From Paraspadella gotoi (Eukaryota > Animalia > Chaetognatha): DNA of 64,000 nt. Below are positions 26,190 to 39,934 of this stretch, one piece after another. The position numbers and the translations under genes were made by a program. Under the pieces are notes generated by a model, which was not told where the DNA came from, made no database searches, and saw only the letters and a program-made list of their open reading frames with translations. Every line of letters starts with the position of its first letter. The stretch's first letter is position 1. Location of the stretch: assembly GCA_051294375.1 (NCBI GenBank), contig CM119263.1:7444640-7508639 (forward strand), given 5' to 3'.

Positions 26190-28067
26190 TTCGCTCTATT
26201 CGGTTTTTTCCTTAACTTTTCCGATTGCCTTTTTAACTCGGACTTTGGTGACTCCATCGCTATATTTCGATTGAACCCTATATGCATCTCAGTCTCTCTC
26301 TTTCTCTCTTGTTCGAGCAAATGGATCGAATTCAAGATTTAGTCCAACCGTCTCTCTCGAGCGGCTCCTACGTTTTCTTCGGTTCAGCGGAAAATCAANN
26401 NNNNNNNNNNNNNNNNNNNNNNNNNNNNNNNNNNNNNNNNNNNNNNNNNNNNNNNNNNNNNNNNNNNNNNNNNNNNNNNNNNNNNNNNNNNNNNNNNNNN
26501 NNNNNNNNNNNNNNNNNNNNNNNNNNNNNNNNNNNNNNNNNNNNNNNNNNNNNNNNNNNNNNNNNNNNNNNNNNNNNNNNNNNNNNNNNNNNNNNNNNNN
26601 NNNNNNNNNNNNNNNNNNNNNNNNNNNNNNNNNNNNNNNNNNNNNNNNNNNNNNNAATAAGTCATGTCGTTACCCGGATTAAGTGGAGTCGCGCGGATTT
26701 TGCTCGAGGATTGAATCGGACTCAAAGTTGACTTTCGGTATCATGAAGGCACCCAGGTGGANNNNNNNNNNNNNNNNNNNNNNNNNNNNNNNNNNNNNNN
26801 NNNNNNNNNNNNNNNNNNNNNNNNNNNNNNNNNNNNNNNNNNNNNNNNNNNNNNNNNNNNNNNNNNNNNNNNNNNNNNNNNNNNNNNNNNNNNNNNNNNN
26901 NNNNNNNNNNNNNNNNNNNNNNNNNNNNNNNNNNNNNNNNNNNNNNNNNNNNNNNNNNNNNNNNNNNNNNNNNNNNNNNNNNNNNNNNNNNNNNNNNNNN
27001 NNNNNNNNNNNNNNNNNNNNNNNNNNNNNNNNNNNNNNNNNNNNNNNNNNNNNNNNNNNNNNNNNNNNNNNNNNNNNNNNNNNNNNNNNNNNNNNNNNNN
27101 NNNNNNNNNNNNNNNNNNNNNNNNNNNNNNNNNNNNNNNNNNNNNNNNNNNNNNNNNNNNNNNNNNNNNNNNNNNNNNNNNNNNNNNNNNNNNNNNNNNN
27201 NNNNNNNNNNNNNNNNNNNNNNNNNNNNNNNNNNNNNNNNNNNNNNNNNNNNNNNNNNNNNNNNNNNNNNNNNNNNNNNNNNNNNNNNNNNNNNNNNNNN
27301 NNNNNNNNNNNNNNNNNNNNNNNNNNNNNNNNNNNNNNNNNNNNNNNNNNNNNNNNNNNNNNNNNNNNNNNNNNNNNNNNNNNNNNNNNNNNNNNNNNNN
27401 NNNNNNNNNNNNNNNNNNNNNNNNNNNNNNNNNNNNNNNNNNNNNNNNNNNNNNNNNNNNNNNNNNNNNNNNNNNNNNNNNNNNNNNNNNNNNNNNNNNN
27501 NNNNNNNNNNNNNNNNNNNNNNNNNNNNNNNNNNNNNNNNNNNNNNNNNNNNNNNNNNNNNNNNNNNNNNNNNNNNNNNNTAGCGAATCCTCGGTTCGCG
27601 CGATCCAGACTTTTCAGAAGTCAAATCGACGCCGCTCACCGGAAGTAGGGCAAATGGCGGCGTCGTTGGCGGCGAATGGCAATGACGACGGTGGCGGCGA
27701 TGGCGGCGAGGATTCGCGCAGTTTTAAGGCGTCATCGATGGCAGGAGAGAGAAGGCATGGAATTGGTTGACGAGGTTATTGGCTTTTTGAATTTATAAAA
27801 ACAGACGCGGGTGATTGTACAACGAATGTTTCGTAGTTAATGTCGTTAACGATGATGACACGGTTCCACCGACAATGAAGACGCCAACGTAGACGCCGCC
27901 GGCGGAAACTACGGCGCCGGCGCCGCAGAGTTATGAGAAATCTTCCTTCCGTCCTGCGGCGCCGATCGAGATTCGAGAGAATCTTGTCTCATTGTAGGTC
28001 GAGGCAGAGTTTATGGTTCGAGTTGATGAAGAGATAAAAGGTGACTCACTTTTTAGGAGAGAAAAAA

Positions 28068-28372
28068 AGGGGGAAGTGGGGACTGGGGAATGGGGATTCG
28101 CTTTTGAGGGAAAATGAGGATAAGTAGGGACTGGGGATTCGCTTTGAAGGGAAAATGAGGGGAAGTGAGGACTGGGGATTTATCTTGGAGGGGAAATGAG
28201 GGGTAGGTGGGTACTAGAGATTCAACTTAGAGGGGAAATGAGGGGAAGTGGGGATTGAAGATTTGCTTTGGAGGGGAAAGGAGAATAAGTAGGGACTGGG
28301 GATTCGCTTTGCAGGGAAAATGAGGGGAAGTGAGGACTGGGGATTCGCTTTTGGGGGAAACTAAGGGGAATT
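28068..28372. repeat. 41-bp G-rich minisatellite, about 7 units
   Basis: Consensus approximately GGGGAAGTGAGGACTGGGGATTCGCTTTGGAGGGAAAATGA, visible unit by unit. Confidence 0.92.
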
Positions 28373-28901
28373 CACTTTGTAAAGGATGGTTGGGGAGCTA
28401 AAATCTGAAGAAAGTTGGTTCTTAACATTTTAGATTAAAATCGGGGTCGTGGGAAGAACTGTGAAAGGTGATGTAAATTGAAGAATCTGGTCATCAACAA
28501 AGAATTTTTTTAAAAAATATTTAAAACCGAAACCTAACATAGTCACAAAAATGTGTCGTGACCCGGCAAATTTATAAATGTAACGTAAAACTTGTTTCAA
28601 CACGAAATCGAAATGGAAATCGAGCTCGAAAGCAAATGTGAATGTAAATGTAATTTACTGTCGACTTCGTCAAGAACCGAACATCAAATCGAATCGACGA
28701 AACGAGGATATTGAAAAAAAAACAATCTCCTCTCTATGCCAAAAAACAAAAAAAATTTCGTCCGCAAAACTGATGAGAGCAGAAAGAGAGGACGAGAGAG
28801 GAGAGAGAGAGAGAGAAGAGAGAGGAGAGATGAGAGGAGGAGAGGAGAGAGATGAGAGAGAACTTTGTCAGAGAGAGACTTTTTTCGTCGAAAAACTGGA
28901 G

Positions 28902-28937
<36 letters not shown>

Positions 28938-29027
28938 TTCTTTCGACGAACACCGATAATTCGAGACACGGAAAAACCAATTCGCTTAATGTACTACATC
29001 ACATCGCTATCCCCGTCATTTACATTC

Positions 29028-29695
29028 CGGCTCTATAATTCACTTTGTCAGTTCGTCGGTCCGCCCTCCCAATCTTGTCGGTAAGTCCCTTAAATCATGT
29101 CATAAAATCGAATTATGATAAATTATGTAAAAAAAATGATGTCCGTCTGTCTGTCTGTCTGTCTGTCTGTACGTCCCCCTGTATCTTTGAACGCCAATTA
29201 CTCATGATTGTTTGGGACGATTGACTTTAAATTTTGTATGAGGGTAGGAAAGTGTGTGTGTTTAAGTTTAATCATCCATGTGGAAATGAGTTTAAATTGA
29301 AAAAACAAAAAAACAGTTTTACTAATTGATTATGCTTCTTTTTCTTTTTATATTAAATGTAAATGCAAGATGTATTAATAAAACAAATAATTAATCTGTT
29401 AACTAATCTATTAGTCAATTAATTAATTAATCAATAATTAATTAATTAGTAAATTAATCAATCAATTAATTATTCAATCAATCAATTTATTTATCAATTA
29501 TTAATAATTCAATCAATAAATCAATGAAACAATCAATTAATCATTATCGGCATTATAGTCGTCGCCATCATCATCGTCGTTGTTTTTGTCGTGGTCAGTG
29601 ACAAAAAGACTTAATTAATTTACCAACTAATTAATTAACTTTAATTAATTAATTAATTACTGCTAATGATCGTGGGCAGATCCGGCATTGTTTGC
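29028..29695 (+). mobile_element. Second copy of the HINE-like family seen at 18179-19400
   Basis: Begins ctctataattcactttgtc, has (GTCT)n at 29141-29170, and the block ggaaatgagtttaaat...ttttatattaaatgta matches ~18679-18770. It ends with GCAGATCC (~29676), the reverse complement of GGATCTGC in the 18182 hairpin. Confidence 0.55.
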
Positions 29696-29771
29696 TCAAA
29701 CTTATTTTTAATAACCGTCGCCGACGTCAAACGTAGTTTCGTTTTTCGCATGTTTTTCCAACTAATTACTC

Positions 29772-29837
<66 letters not shown>

Positions 29838-31094
29838 TTTTAACAAGTCGCCTTTTTTTGTCGTACTTATTTAACCCGATGACGGCAGCGTCGATTGCGA
29901 ACGCGTAATCAACTTACCTTTTTCGGGAAAATCCCTTAAGATAGAGAGAGAGAGATAGAGATAGAGAGTCAAAATGTTTTAAAAAATTAACCAAATTAGG
30001 AAAGGTTTTCTTTGAGATCCAATCGCGACTCCCAACTCTCTGAAATCAATCTCACATTGTTCCCTTTACCTTCCCGGGGTTAAAAAGTAAGTCAACGACG
30101 CCCGAGACAGGGTTCACCTCAGCAGCGGCTGCAGCGGCTGCAGCGGCAGCGCCAGGGGCGCCGGCGCCCAAATTTAAACTAACGTCTCTCGTTTGCCGTC
30201 CCGAACTTATTAAGAAGGGGCCGACGAAATTGCGGCGCGGACCAAATCGGGTGAAGAGCAGGACGAAAGAATCTTGATTTTTTTCACGGATTTAATCGTA
30301 GGGTTGACGTGACGGAAATATAATCGGCGTAAAAACTCAATTTGTTCTGAAATTGAAAAAGAAACTTAAAAATCTTGAATGAATCTCACTTAAAAATACT
30401 AATAAAAATTTGACTCTTGATTCGGCTTTCAAAAAAACTTACCTCGGCGTCTTGCAATAATTATTATTTAATAGGTTACTAAATCTCCTTCAATGCTTCA
30501 TTGCACTCCCCTTCCCCTAGCACCCCTCAACCNNNNNNNNNNNNNNNNNNNNNNNNNNNNNNNNNNNNNNNNNNNNNNNNNNNNNNNNNNNNNNNNNNNN
30601 NNNNNNNNNNNNNNNNNNNNNNNNNNNNNNNNNNNNNNNNNNNNNNNNNNNNNNNNNNNNNNNNNNNNNNNNNNNNNNNNNNNNNNNNNNNNNNNNNNNN
30701 NNNNNNNNNNNNNNNNNNNNNNNNNNNNNNNNNNNNNNNNNNNNNNNNNNNNNNNNNNNNNNNNNNNNNNNNNNNNNNNNNNNNNNNNNNNNNNNNNNNN
30801 NNNNNNNNNNNNNNNNNNNNNNNNNNNNNNNNNNNNNNNNNNNNNNNNNNNNNNNNNNNNNNNNNNNNNNNNNNNNNNNNNNNNNNNNNNNNNNNNNNNN
30901 NNNNNNNNNNNNNNNNNNNNNNNNNNNNNNNNNNNNNNNNNNNNNNNNNNNNNNNNNNNNNNNNNNNNNNNNAGAGAGAGAGAGAGAGTTTAAGGGCCGA
31001 TCGCCCGGCCTGATAGATCAAAACGTCGTGGATCGGAAACGCCGCCTCCTTTGCCGAGGGCCGCACCTCGGGTCCCTTGACCGCGAACTTTCTC

Positions 31095-31178
<84 letters not shown>

Positions 31179-31527
31179 TTTTTCTCTTTTTTCTTTTTTC
31201 TTTTTTTCTCTTTTTTCTCTTTTTTCTTTTTGTTTGTTTCTATCTTTCTTTTTATCTTTTTTTCCTTCTTTTTTTCTTCCTATGATTTTTTCTTCTTTTT
31301 TTATTTTTTTTATTATTTAAATACACTTTCTAGTTTCAAAATTTGTGACTTCGTTGATGACTGAAAAATCAAGAATTAGAGAAGGAAAGAAGGAAAGAAC
31401 AACGAACAGCAATTTCATTCAACAATTTATACTAAAAAATTATTGTTACATCCCTGAGACTCGTCACTTTTATAGGCAATTTGGAATAAATAATTCATAT
31501 TCAAATTCATCTATCGCGGAGATCTGC

Positions 31528-31646
<119 letters not shown>

Positions 31647-32764
31647 AATCATGGAAAAGGTTGGGTGACGCGAGTCGAATGTAGGTTAAGTCTGAACGGC
31701 GAGCAGAAAAAAAAACGAAATCTCAGTTACGCGTAAATTTGACGAAATTTGACATCAAGTTGATGAAAAATTCCGTGATTTTTAGTCAAGGGCTTAAAAA
31801 AGTAATATCCACTAATAGAAGAGTATGCATAAAGGTAATATACGAGCTTACTCGTCGTTGGAATGTTAAAATATATGTCTTTCTATGATTAAAATTATCG
31901 CTTTTTTTTCTTTTATCCTTTGCTGCTTCGAGTCGGGCCCTGAGTTTTACTAAAGTGGCGTAACGGGAGTAATATCATAATTGACGTAACTGGCGTAAAT
32001 GGCGTAAACTAGCGCCAACATTCGGGTCGCGAATTACGTCAACGAATGATCTTTTCACGACGAGACGAACGCTTTTACGTCAGCGGTGAACTTTTTGCGA
32101 TTAATATAGATTTTAAGGAGATGGAGAACGAATGTCGAGGAAGAAGAAATACTAGTTTTCTCTATCTACCCAACATTCATAACTATTACATTTCGTATTT
32201 CCGATTTTTTTCTCGCTATTTTCCTGGGGAAATTTAGCGCGTCGCTTAAGGGGATTCCGCCTTTTCCCGTCAGGTATATTTCAACGTCGGCTTTTATGAG
32301 GTTTCTTTCTGTCTACTTGGACTGGCTATATCAATTCCTCCCGCTCCCCTTAAAGAGCTCCTCCTCTTCGCTACACCATCGCTCCCCCACTTCCTCCAAA
32401 ATCCATCTTCATTAGAGGCTGCCGCTTCGTTGAGCTTTGGGTTCTATGTCTTGTCTACATCCGATGAAGGTTTTTTATATACTTTTATAATCAATCTAAT
32501 TTTTTGTTCTTAGAAAAATTAACTAAAGAAATTAATTTGAGTTTCGACGTCTCCGCTGCGAATGAGAAAATCGGGGGAAAAAATAACTAAGAGAGTAAGG
32601 AACCAATTTGGTTGCTAAGCAACGAATAAATAATCGAAGAGCTTGTTTCTTACATCTTTCAACGAATATAATCTCCAAACTAATTCACTTTAAAAGAAAT
32701 GGGGCAATGAGAAGTAAGCTTTATCGGAAAGATTATTACAGGCAATACAAACAAAACGCACATG

Positions 32765-35398
32765 ACCATCTCGCAGCAAACTTCCCAGCTCTTTTTCGGA
32801 CAACCCCTCCGCCTTCCCCCCAGACGCGGACACAAACACCTCCACAAACCAATCTTGCAGTCCAGTGATAGCGCCTTCGGAGTTTTCACACCACCACGCT
32901 GCAACGAAGATTTCACAGGAATGAGAGGGGGATGGAAAGTAGGTCTTTATTTTTGGGGAGAACAAGGGGTAAATGAACAGATGTCGATTTCGACGTGGAA
33001 TCGATCTCATGCCTCAAAGTTTAAAATGTGCGATTGAGTTTTAGGAAAAGGAACACTATTGAGCGATTTCTAAAACAGGGGGGAACGGAGTCAGAACTGG
33101 GGAGAAGGACGAGAGGGAGAGCAAATTCCAAAAGAGGACGACATATCGGGCAGCCTTCTCGAAAAAAAAGGCGGTCAAAGCGTATAAATGGAAACGAAGA
33201 AAAGTGGGTAAGGGGAGCGAAAGGCAATGGAAAAAAAGGGACGAGGCCATAATTCCGCGAATAAAACCTCATAAAAACAACTCGACCTTTCGGACGGGAG
33301 ATTTCATAGTTCAAAATTTTTTCGTTGCTCCGAACTTTTTGTCTATGCGAGAAAAAAAAAATTTTTCAGGCAAAAACAAAATATTCATGTAATTTTATCG
33401 ATGCGCAAGGGCAGGTTAACGATAATGCAATGAACTATAAAATTTAACTATATATACTTATTTTATTTAACCAATTTAAATTTCTTTTTAAGGAGGCCAC
33501 GATTCAATCAGAAACAGTCGGATTTTTAGTTACTGAAACACATGAAATTTAACCAAGTCTCTTCACCTCGAATGCGAAACTTAATGAATGTGCATAACGC
33601 CTCGATCCGAACTGTGTTGCCTGCACGCCTGACAGCGCGATACGCTTTCCTCTTTCGCTCTTTCGTCCTTTTGTCGTCGTATGTCGATGAACCCGAAACC
33701 GATAAAATAAAAGTTCGCCGGATTTATCGCGGCATCTTAATCGCGAGATTAAAATCGCCCGGAAAATTCATTGGCTCCATTCATCGCATACATTCAACGA
33801 AAAATCTGCATCAATCGCATCGAAGCATCAAAACCACGGAATCCGGAAATATAACCGCATTGGATGCGACGTGTCTGGCCAGTTTCCTTCTTGTAGTCAA
33901 GAAGAAAATAAGAACTCGGCTGTATGACGTTACGATTAACTTCGTATGGCTTTGAATAGCATCATAGTAATATTGTATAATTCGCTGGAAATAACATGTA
34001 TGGACAAAGACCTCACAAGCGAAGAGAAGGAAAACAAACGTTTTCATTCACGTACGTGTGTTGAGGGGGGGGGAATAAGTTAACCAGATTTTTTCATGCT
34101 TCCTAGATTTATGTTATATAGTCTAAGTTTTAGGTTTGTTGATTTGACACGTTTTTAACGCGATTTGTTCAACGGCGCATGCTCCGAATGTATTTTCTTA
34201 AAATTTTTTTGGTTTGTGCTCACGAGCGAATTTTCGATAGGTCTTATCTTCAGAACATTGCCACGTTGCAGAAACAGGATGAACCTAAAAAGCAGTAAAC
34301 AGCAACAGTTTTAGGCAACAAGCAAAACGACGCTTTTGTGACGGGCACTCCGATCCTTCGTTTTGCTGAACGGCGGCCTACAATTAGTCTTATATGCGTG
34401 TCACGCTGCACGTCCGCATGGGCCTTCAAAATCTCGACGACTGCCTTTTTTTTAAAACGCGCGTGCGAACTTTCTCTTTGCAAAGTCCCGCGAGTAGGAG
34501 AATTGCGAGCAGGAGTGACGAAAATAAGAAAGGGTATGAAAAGACGCACGTGGTCCGCGAATCGCGCAAGCTAGCTCTAGCTGCTCTCTCTCTTACCTTC
34601 TCTGCTCTCCTCGTCTCTCGGTCGGTCTCATCTCTTCGTCTCGAGTCTTCTCCTCTCTACTCTCTCTCTCTCGTCTCTCTCTCTCTCTCGTCTCTCTTCT
34701 CTTGTGTAAAGAGATGGATAGAGAAAAGAAAGATTCGAGAAAATGATATTCGAATGGAAAGAAAAAAAAGAAAATAAGATAATAATAAATAAAAGAAGAA
34801 ATCTGAAAAAAAGAAAATAAACGGTTGAATCGCTTCTGGGAACCGATATATTTGATCGAATGAAATAGGAAAATAGATCACGCGAAACCTTTGAGAAGAT
34901 AAACAAGAGAGAAAGCAAATCTGAATACATAGAAAAAAAGGATGAGATTAGATTTTCTTGGGAAAAAGAAAAATGAGATATTGAAAACAGGTAATATCTC
35001 CTCCTCTCTCGTCTGCTCGCTTCTCTCTCTCTCTCTCTCTCCTCTCTCTCTCCGCTCTCACATGGAGTACTCGAAGCNNNNNNNNNNNNNNNNNNNNNNN
35101 NNAGAGAGATATTACCTGTTTTCAAATCTCATTTCTTTTTTCCCAAGAAAATCTAATCTCATTCCTTTTTCTATGATTCAGATTTGCTTTTCTCTTGTTC
35201 TACTCTTCAAAGGTTTCCGTATTATTTTCCCATATTTCATTCGATCAATATTCGGTTCCCAGAAGCGATTCAACCGTTTATTTTCTTTTTTTCAGATTCT
35301 TCTTTTTATTTATTATTATCTTATTTTCTTTTTTTTCTTTTCCATTCGAACATCAATTTTTCTCGATATTTCTTCTCTATCCATGCTCTTTACACAAG

Positions 35399-35437
<39 letters not shown>

Positions 35438-37187
35438 TAGGAGAGCGACGATGACTCAGAGACGAAGGATGAGACCGACGAGAGGACGAGGAGAGCAGAG
35501 AGAGAGAGAGAAAGAGCTAGAGCTAGCTTGCGCGATCGCGACCACCTGCTCTTTCATACCCTTTCATTTTTCTCACTCCTGCTCGCAATTCCTTACTTCG
35601 CGGACTTTGAAAGAGAAAATTCGCACGCGCGTTTTAAAAAAAAGGCGGTCGAGATTTTGAAGGCCGCATGCGACGTGCACGTGACACGCATAAGACGAAC
35701 TTGTAGGCGCCGTTCAGCAAACGAAGGATCGAAGTTGCGTCAACAAAGCGTCGTTTGCTGTTGCTAAAACTGTTGCTGTTTCTCTTTTTAGGTTCATCCT
35801 GTTCTGCAACGTGGCAATCGTGACAGATAAGAACCTAATCTGAAATTCGCGTGGCACAAAACAAAAAAATTTAGAAAAACATTCGAGCATGGCTCGTGAC
35901 AAATCGGCGTTAAACGTGTCAAAATCAACATAACCTAAAAACTTAGCATATAACATAAATCTAGAAGCATGAAAAAATCTGTTAACATTTCCCCCCCCCT
36001 CAACACACGTACGTGAATAGAAACTTTTTTTCCTTCTCTCGCTTGTGAGTCTTTTCCTAATGTTATTCCGCGAATATAAATATATATGAATGTATCAAAG
36101 CCACGAAGTTAATCTAACGTCATACAAGCCGAGTTCTTTTTTCTTCTTGACTACAAAGAAACGCCAAACCGTCGATCCAATGCGGTTATATTTCCGATTC
36201 CCTGTTTTTGATGCTCGATCGATTGATGCAGATTTTTTGAATGATGCGATGAATGGAGCCAATGAATTCCTCGGCGATTTTTTAATCTCGCGATAAATCC
36301 GGCGATAAATCCGGCGACTTTTATTTATCGGTTTCGGTTCATCGACATCGACACAAAAGACGAAAGAGCGAAAGAGGAAAGCGTCGGCTGTCAGGCGTCA
36401 GGCTACACAGTCGGATCAGGCGTTATGCAAATTCATTAAGTTCGCATCCGAGTGAAGACTTTGTAAATGTCATGATGTTCAGTCAAAAAATCCGACTTTC
36501 TGATTGAATCGTGCCTCCTTAAAGAAATTAAATTGGTTAAATAAATAAATATATAGTTAAATTTATAGTTATGCATTATCTTAACCTGCCCTTGGTATCG
36601 AAAAATACATGAATATTTTGTTTTTGCCTGAAAATTTTTTTTTTCTCGCTGAAAAATCGGAGCAACGAAAATTTTGAACTATGAAAATCTCCGTCCGAAA
36701 AGGTCGAGTTGGTTTTTATGAGGTTTTATTCGCGGAATTATGGCCTCGTCCCTTTTTTTCCAAACTTGCCCGTTCGCTCCCCTTACCCACTTTCTCGTTC
36801 CATTTATTAACGCTTGGACCCCTTTTTTTTCGAGAGCTTGCCCGATATGTCTCCTTTTTGGAATTTGCTCTCCCTTCGTCCTTTCCCCCAAGTCTGACCT
36901 TCCCCCCTTTTTAGAAATCGCCTATATTTCTTCTCCAAAACTCACCCACATTTTAAATTTTGAGCCATGAGATCGATTCCACGCGAATCGACATTATTCA
37001 TACCCCTTTTCTCCCCCAAAATAAAGACCTACTTTCCATCCCCCCCTCTCATATCCTTGAATCTTCTTGAGCGGGGGTGAAATCTCGAAGCGCATCACTG
37101 GACGAAAATTGGTTTTGGAGGTGTTTGTGTCCAGCGCGGGGGAAGGCGGAGGGGTGTCGAGAAAAGAGTGGGAAGTTGTGGAGATGG
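32765..37187. repeat. Large fold-back inverted duplication (arms ~32765-35000 and ~35105-37187) centred on a 25-N gap; probable assembly artefact
   Basis: ttgaaaacaggtaatatctc (34981) is the reverse complement of gagatattacctgttttcaa (35106). Homology continues outward to cccctccgccttcccc (32803) versus ggggaaggcggagggg (37139). The right arm is shorter through many 1-bp deletions. Confidence 0.95.
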
Positions 37188-37342
37188 AGTGCGAAGGGAA
37201 TGCGAGAAAGAGGGGAGAGAAAAGAGAGGGAAGAGGTGGCGAGGGAGTGCTAAGGGAATGCGAGAAAGAGGGGAGAGAAAAGAGAGGGAAGAGGTGGCGA
37301 GGGTGTGCTAAGGGAATGCGAGAAAGAGGGGAGAGAAAAGAG
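37187..37342. repeat. 58-bp purine-rich tandem repeat, about 2.7 units
   Basis: Units start at 37187, 37245 and 37303 (gagtgctaagggaatgcgagaaagagggg...). Confidence 0.9.
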
Positions 37343-38207
37343 TCGTTGGGTGTTAAGGGCAAAGGGAGTGTTGCATGAAAGAGCGCGTGGTAAAGAGACG
37401 GCAATGAAGGGGATTCAGGGCCAAAGGGAGTGGTACGAGAGTGAAGGGGCCGATGCTAGGACCGGGGTGACGTTAAGTGTTGCAAAAAAGACGCGGGGGT
37501 TTTGGTTCTTCGGCGGTCAAGAGGATTTTTTATTCATTTTCGAGTGGGCCCGGTTTTTTTTCGTTGCATGGTAAAACGGTTTTTGAGATGGGGCTGACGG
37601 AATGGGGAGATGAGGGCGAGGTGGTCCGAGAGAAGAGGTGATCCCGGCGATAGTGCGAGTTGGGTCAGAAAGCTGAGTGGGGGGGCCGCCGCAGGACGCT
37701 GCAGGACGCCGCGGGGGCCAGGCTCAGTTTATAACTTTGAACCGTCGAGAGTCATAAATCTGGAATCGAGGGCGAAAAACGATTCGGAAAATAAATTCGG
37801 GTTCGGAGAAATATTTATCTCGTTCAGGAATCTTGGACCAAAAATAATATTTCGTTTAAAGATTTGAAGAAAAACCGCCAGAATCGCAACAACGTTTTTT
37901 CGTCAAATTTTTATTATTAAAAACACCCGCAAAACTGCGGCACGGTTTAGTTTTAAAACTAAACTAACTAAACTTTATTCCATTATAAAATCCGAGCTTT
38001 TTGACTAAATTGACTCAGTTCGATCCATTTGAATCAAAACTGACCATTTTCGTCGATCAGGCTGATTTAGCTTGATTATATTTTTATTTTATGGAAACTT
38101 GAAACTGCGAATCAAGCAGATTGCTTTCAACCTTTCCAAGATTTCAGTACAAATGGACTTTTTAAGCCTCAAGTCTTATGATTTTCCTATAAAATTTCAT
38201 ATTTAAA

Positions 38208-38350
38208 GCACACTGCTTTGAACGCTGCCTCAATTCTATCGAAACTCACCCTAGCATACAAGCAGAGTGCCTTGGATCCTGCCTCGATTCCATCAAAAAA
38301 CTGACCCTTGCAACCGAGCAGACTTCTTTCGACCCTGGCTCGATTCAGGG
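38208..38350. repeat. Diverged 54-56-bp tandem repeat, 2.5-3 units
   Basis: Units start at 38208, 38262 and 38318 (gca.a.tgc.tt...ctgcctc.attc.atc). Confidence 0.65.
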
Positions 38351-38450
38351 CTTCCACCATATTTGATTTGAAGCGCGTGGGAGAGACTCGCCTTCGAAGG
38401 CCGTCGGTTATGTTGGACATTAAACAACGAAATTGAGGTTCGACCGATGA

Positions 38451-38455
<5 letters not shown>

Positions 38456-38546
<91 letters not shown>
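38456..38546. repeat. (CT)n microsatellite
   Basis: Read directly. Confidence 0.97.
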
Positions 38547-38549
<3 letters not shown>

Positions 38550-39319
38550 TCAGATTCTAAGTTTGTTTTGAAGAGGCGCGACGCCGAGATTGAGGCCCAT
38601 CGTCAAACGCTCCAACTGACTTTCATTTCAGCGTCAAAATATGATTAGAAAAATCATGCATAAACGATGCGCCTCGTTGGCCTCGGTTGGTCGCTTAGTC
38701 GTTCGGTAAATCTTTTCTCCTCTTATCATTACTAATCTTCTTGTTTTTGTTTTGTTTACTCCTTCAAATTCTGTTTAATATGACACAACCGATTCTGATT
38801 TGTTGCATTGTTGTTAAGCTGTTTTTTTCTGCTTTTATTATCAGCTACGCAGCTGTTGTTTTTTTCGTTGACGTCGTGGTCGACCTTGAAGTCGATGAAG
38901 GACCCGAATGAAAAGTGAAAACGAGCAAAACAAATGCGCAAAAAAAAAGTCAAAAGGGTTATTTTGACAGAAGAGAAGAATCAATATTTCGAGCGTTCAC
39001 CTTTGGAATTAGATAAATAAATAATTATGACCTCATTCAAAATTGATTCAATCTTTATTCAGAATTCATTCCGACTTTATTAAAATCTAATTCAGTCTCA
39101 CGTAATTCTGTTTATATTTAACGAGAATCTGACTTAATTCCGGCCTGAGATACACTTGATTTAGGCATATTTATCATTTTTTAAAATTAAAACTTGATTC
39201 AGATTTAAAAATAACTCAAACGTCCACGTCTCTTTGTTTCGATAACTGGAATCTTATTTCTCGTTATGATAATGGAAATGATACGAAGCGTGAGACGTCG
39301 GAGGCGAAGAGTCGATTCG

Positions 39320-39368
39320 GGAGATCACGTGATTTGGTGATCGCGTGATTTTGTTGATCACGTGACGG
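39320..39368. promoter_or_regulatory. E-box cluster
   Basis: TCACGTGA at 39325 and 39358, with the variant TCGCGTGA between them. Confidence 0.35.
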
Positions 39369-39426
39369 AAATAAGAAACTAAGATTTCTTTTTCGTCCGG
39401 TTGAATAGAAAGAAGAGAAATAGGGG

Positions 39427-39470
<44 letters not shown>

Positions 39471-39842
39471 AAAAAGGTTATAAAGGGAAAGAGAGTGAGA
39501 GGGAGAAAGTTGCAACATTTAGTGACACGTCTCTCTATTAGATGGACTGCAATTTCGATTTCGTTTCGGTCCGGGCGGCGGCGGGGGCGGCTGCGGAGGC
39601 GGCGTCGGCAAAAAGCCTTGAAAAAGGTCATTTTGAATCAGCGCCTTATGTCGACCGTAAAGGGTGGAATTGAAAAGGGGAGAAAGTGAATTGAGATAGA
39701 GAGGAATGAACGAGAGGGAAGAATGGAAAAGGTGAGAGGAAGGAAAGAAAGAATCGAGAATAAAGTAAAAGGAATATGGAGTTTTGATAAAGAGATAGGA
39801 TAGAGGAACAGATCTGGTTGCAACGGAACAATGTTAACGGAG

Positions 39843-39886
<44 letters not shown>

Positions 39887-39902
39887 AAGAGAGAGAGAGA
39901 AG

Positions 39903-39934
<32 letters not shown>

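Noticed and set aside
28068-28372. Regularly spaced repeats as a possible CRISPR array
   Set aside because: The units are contiguous with no unique spacers, no cas genes are present, and the context is eukaryotic.
31451-31475. TCCCTGAGAC, matching the 5' end of miR-125/lin-4
   Set aside because: Only 10 nt match and no complementary arm lies downstream to form a precursor hairpin.
33542-33955. 137-aa ORF in the palindrome arm
   Set aside because: No recognisable homology or splice signals, and the frame is not preserved in the mirrored arm.
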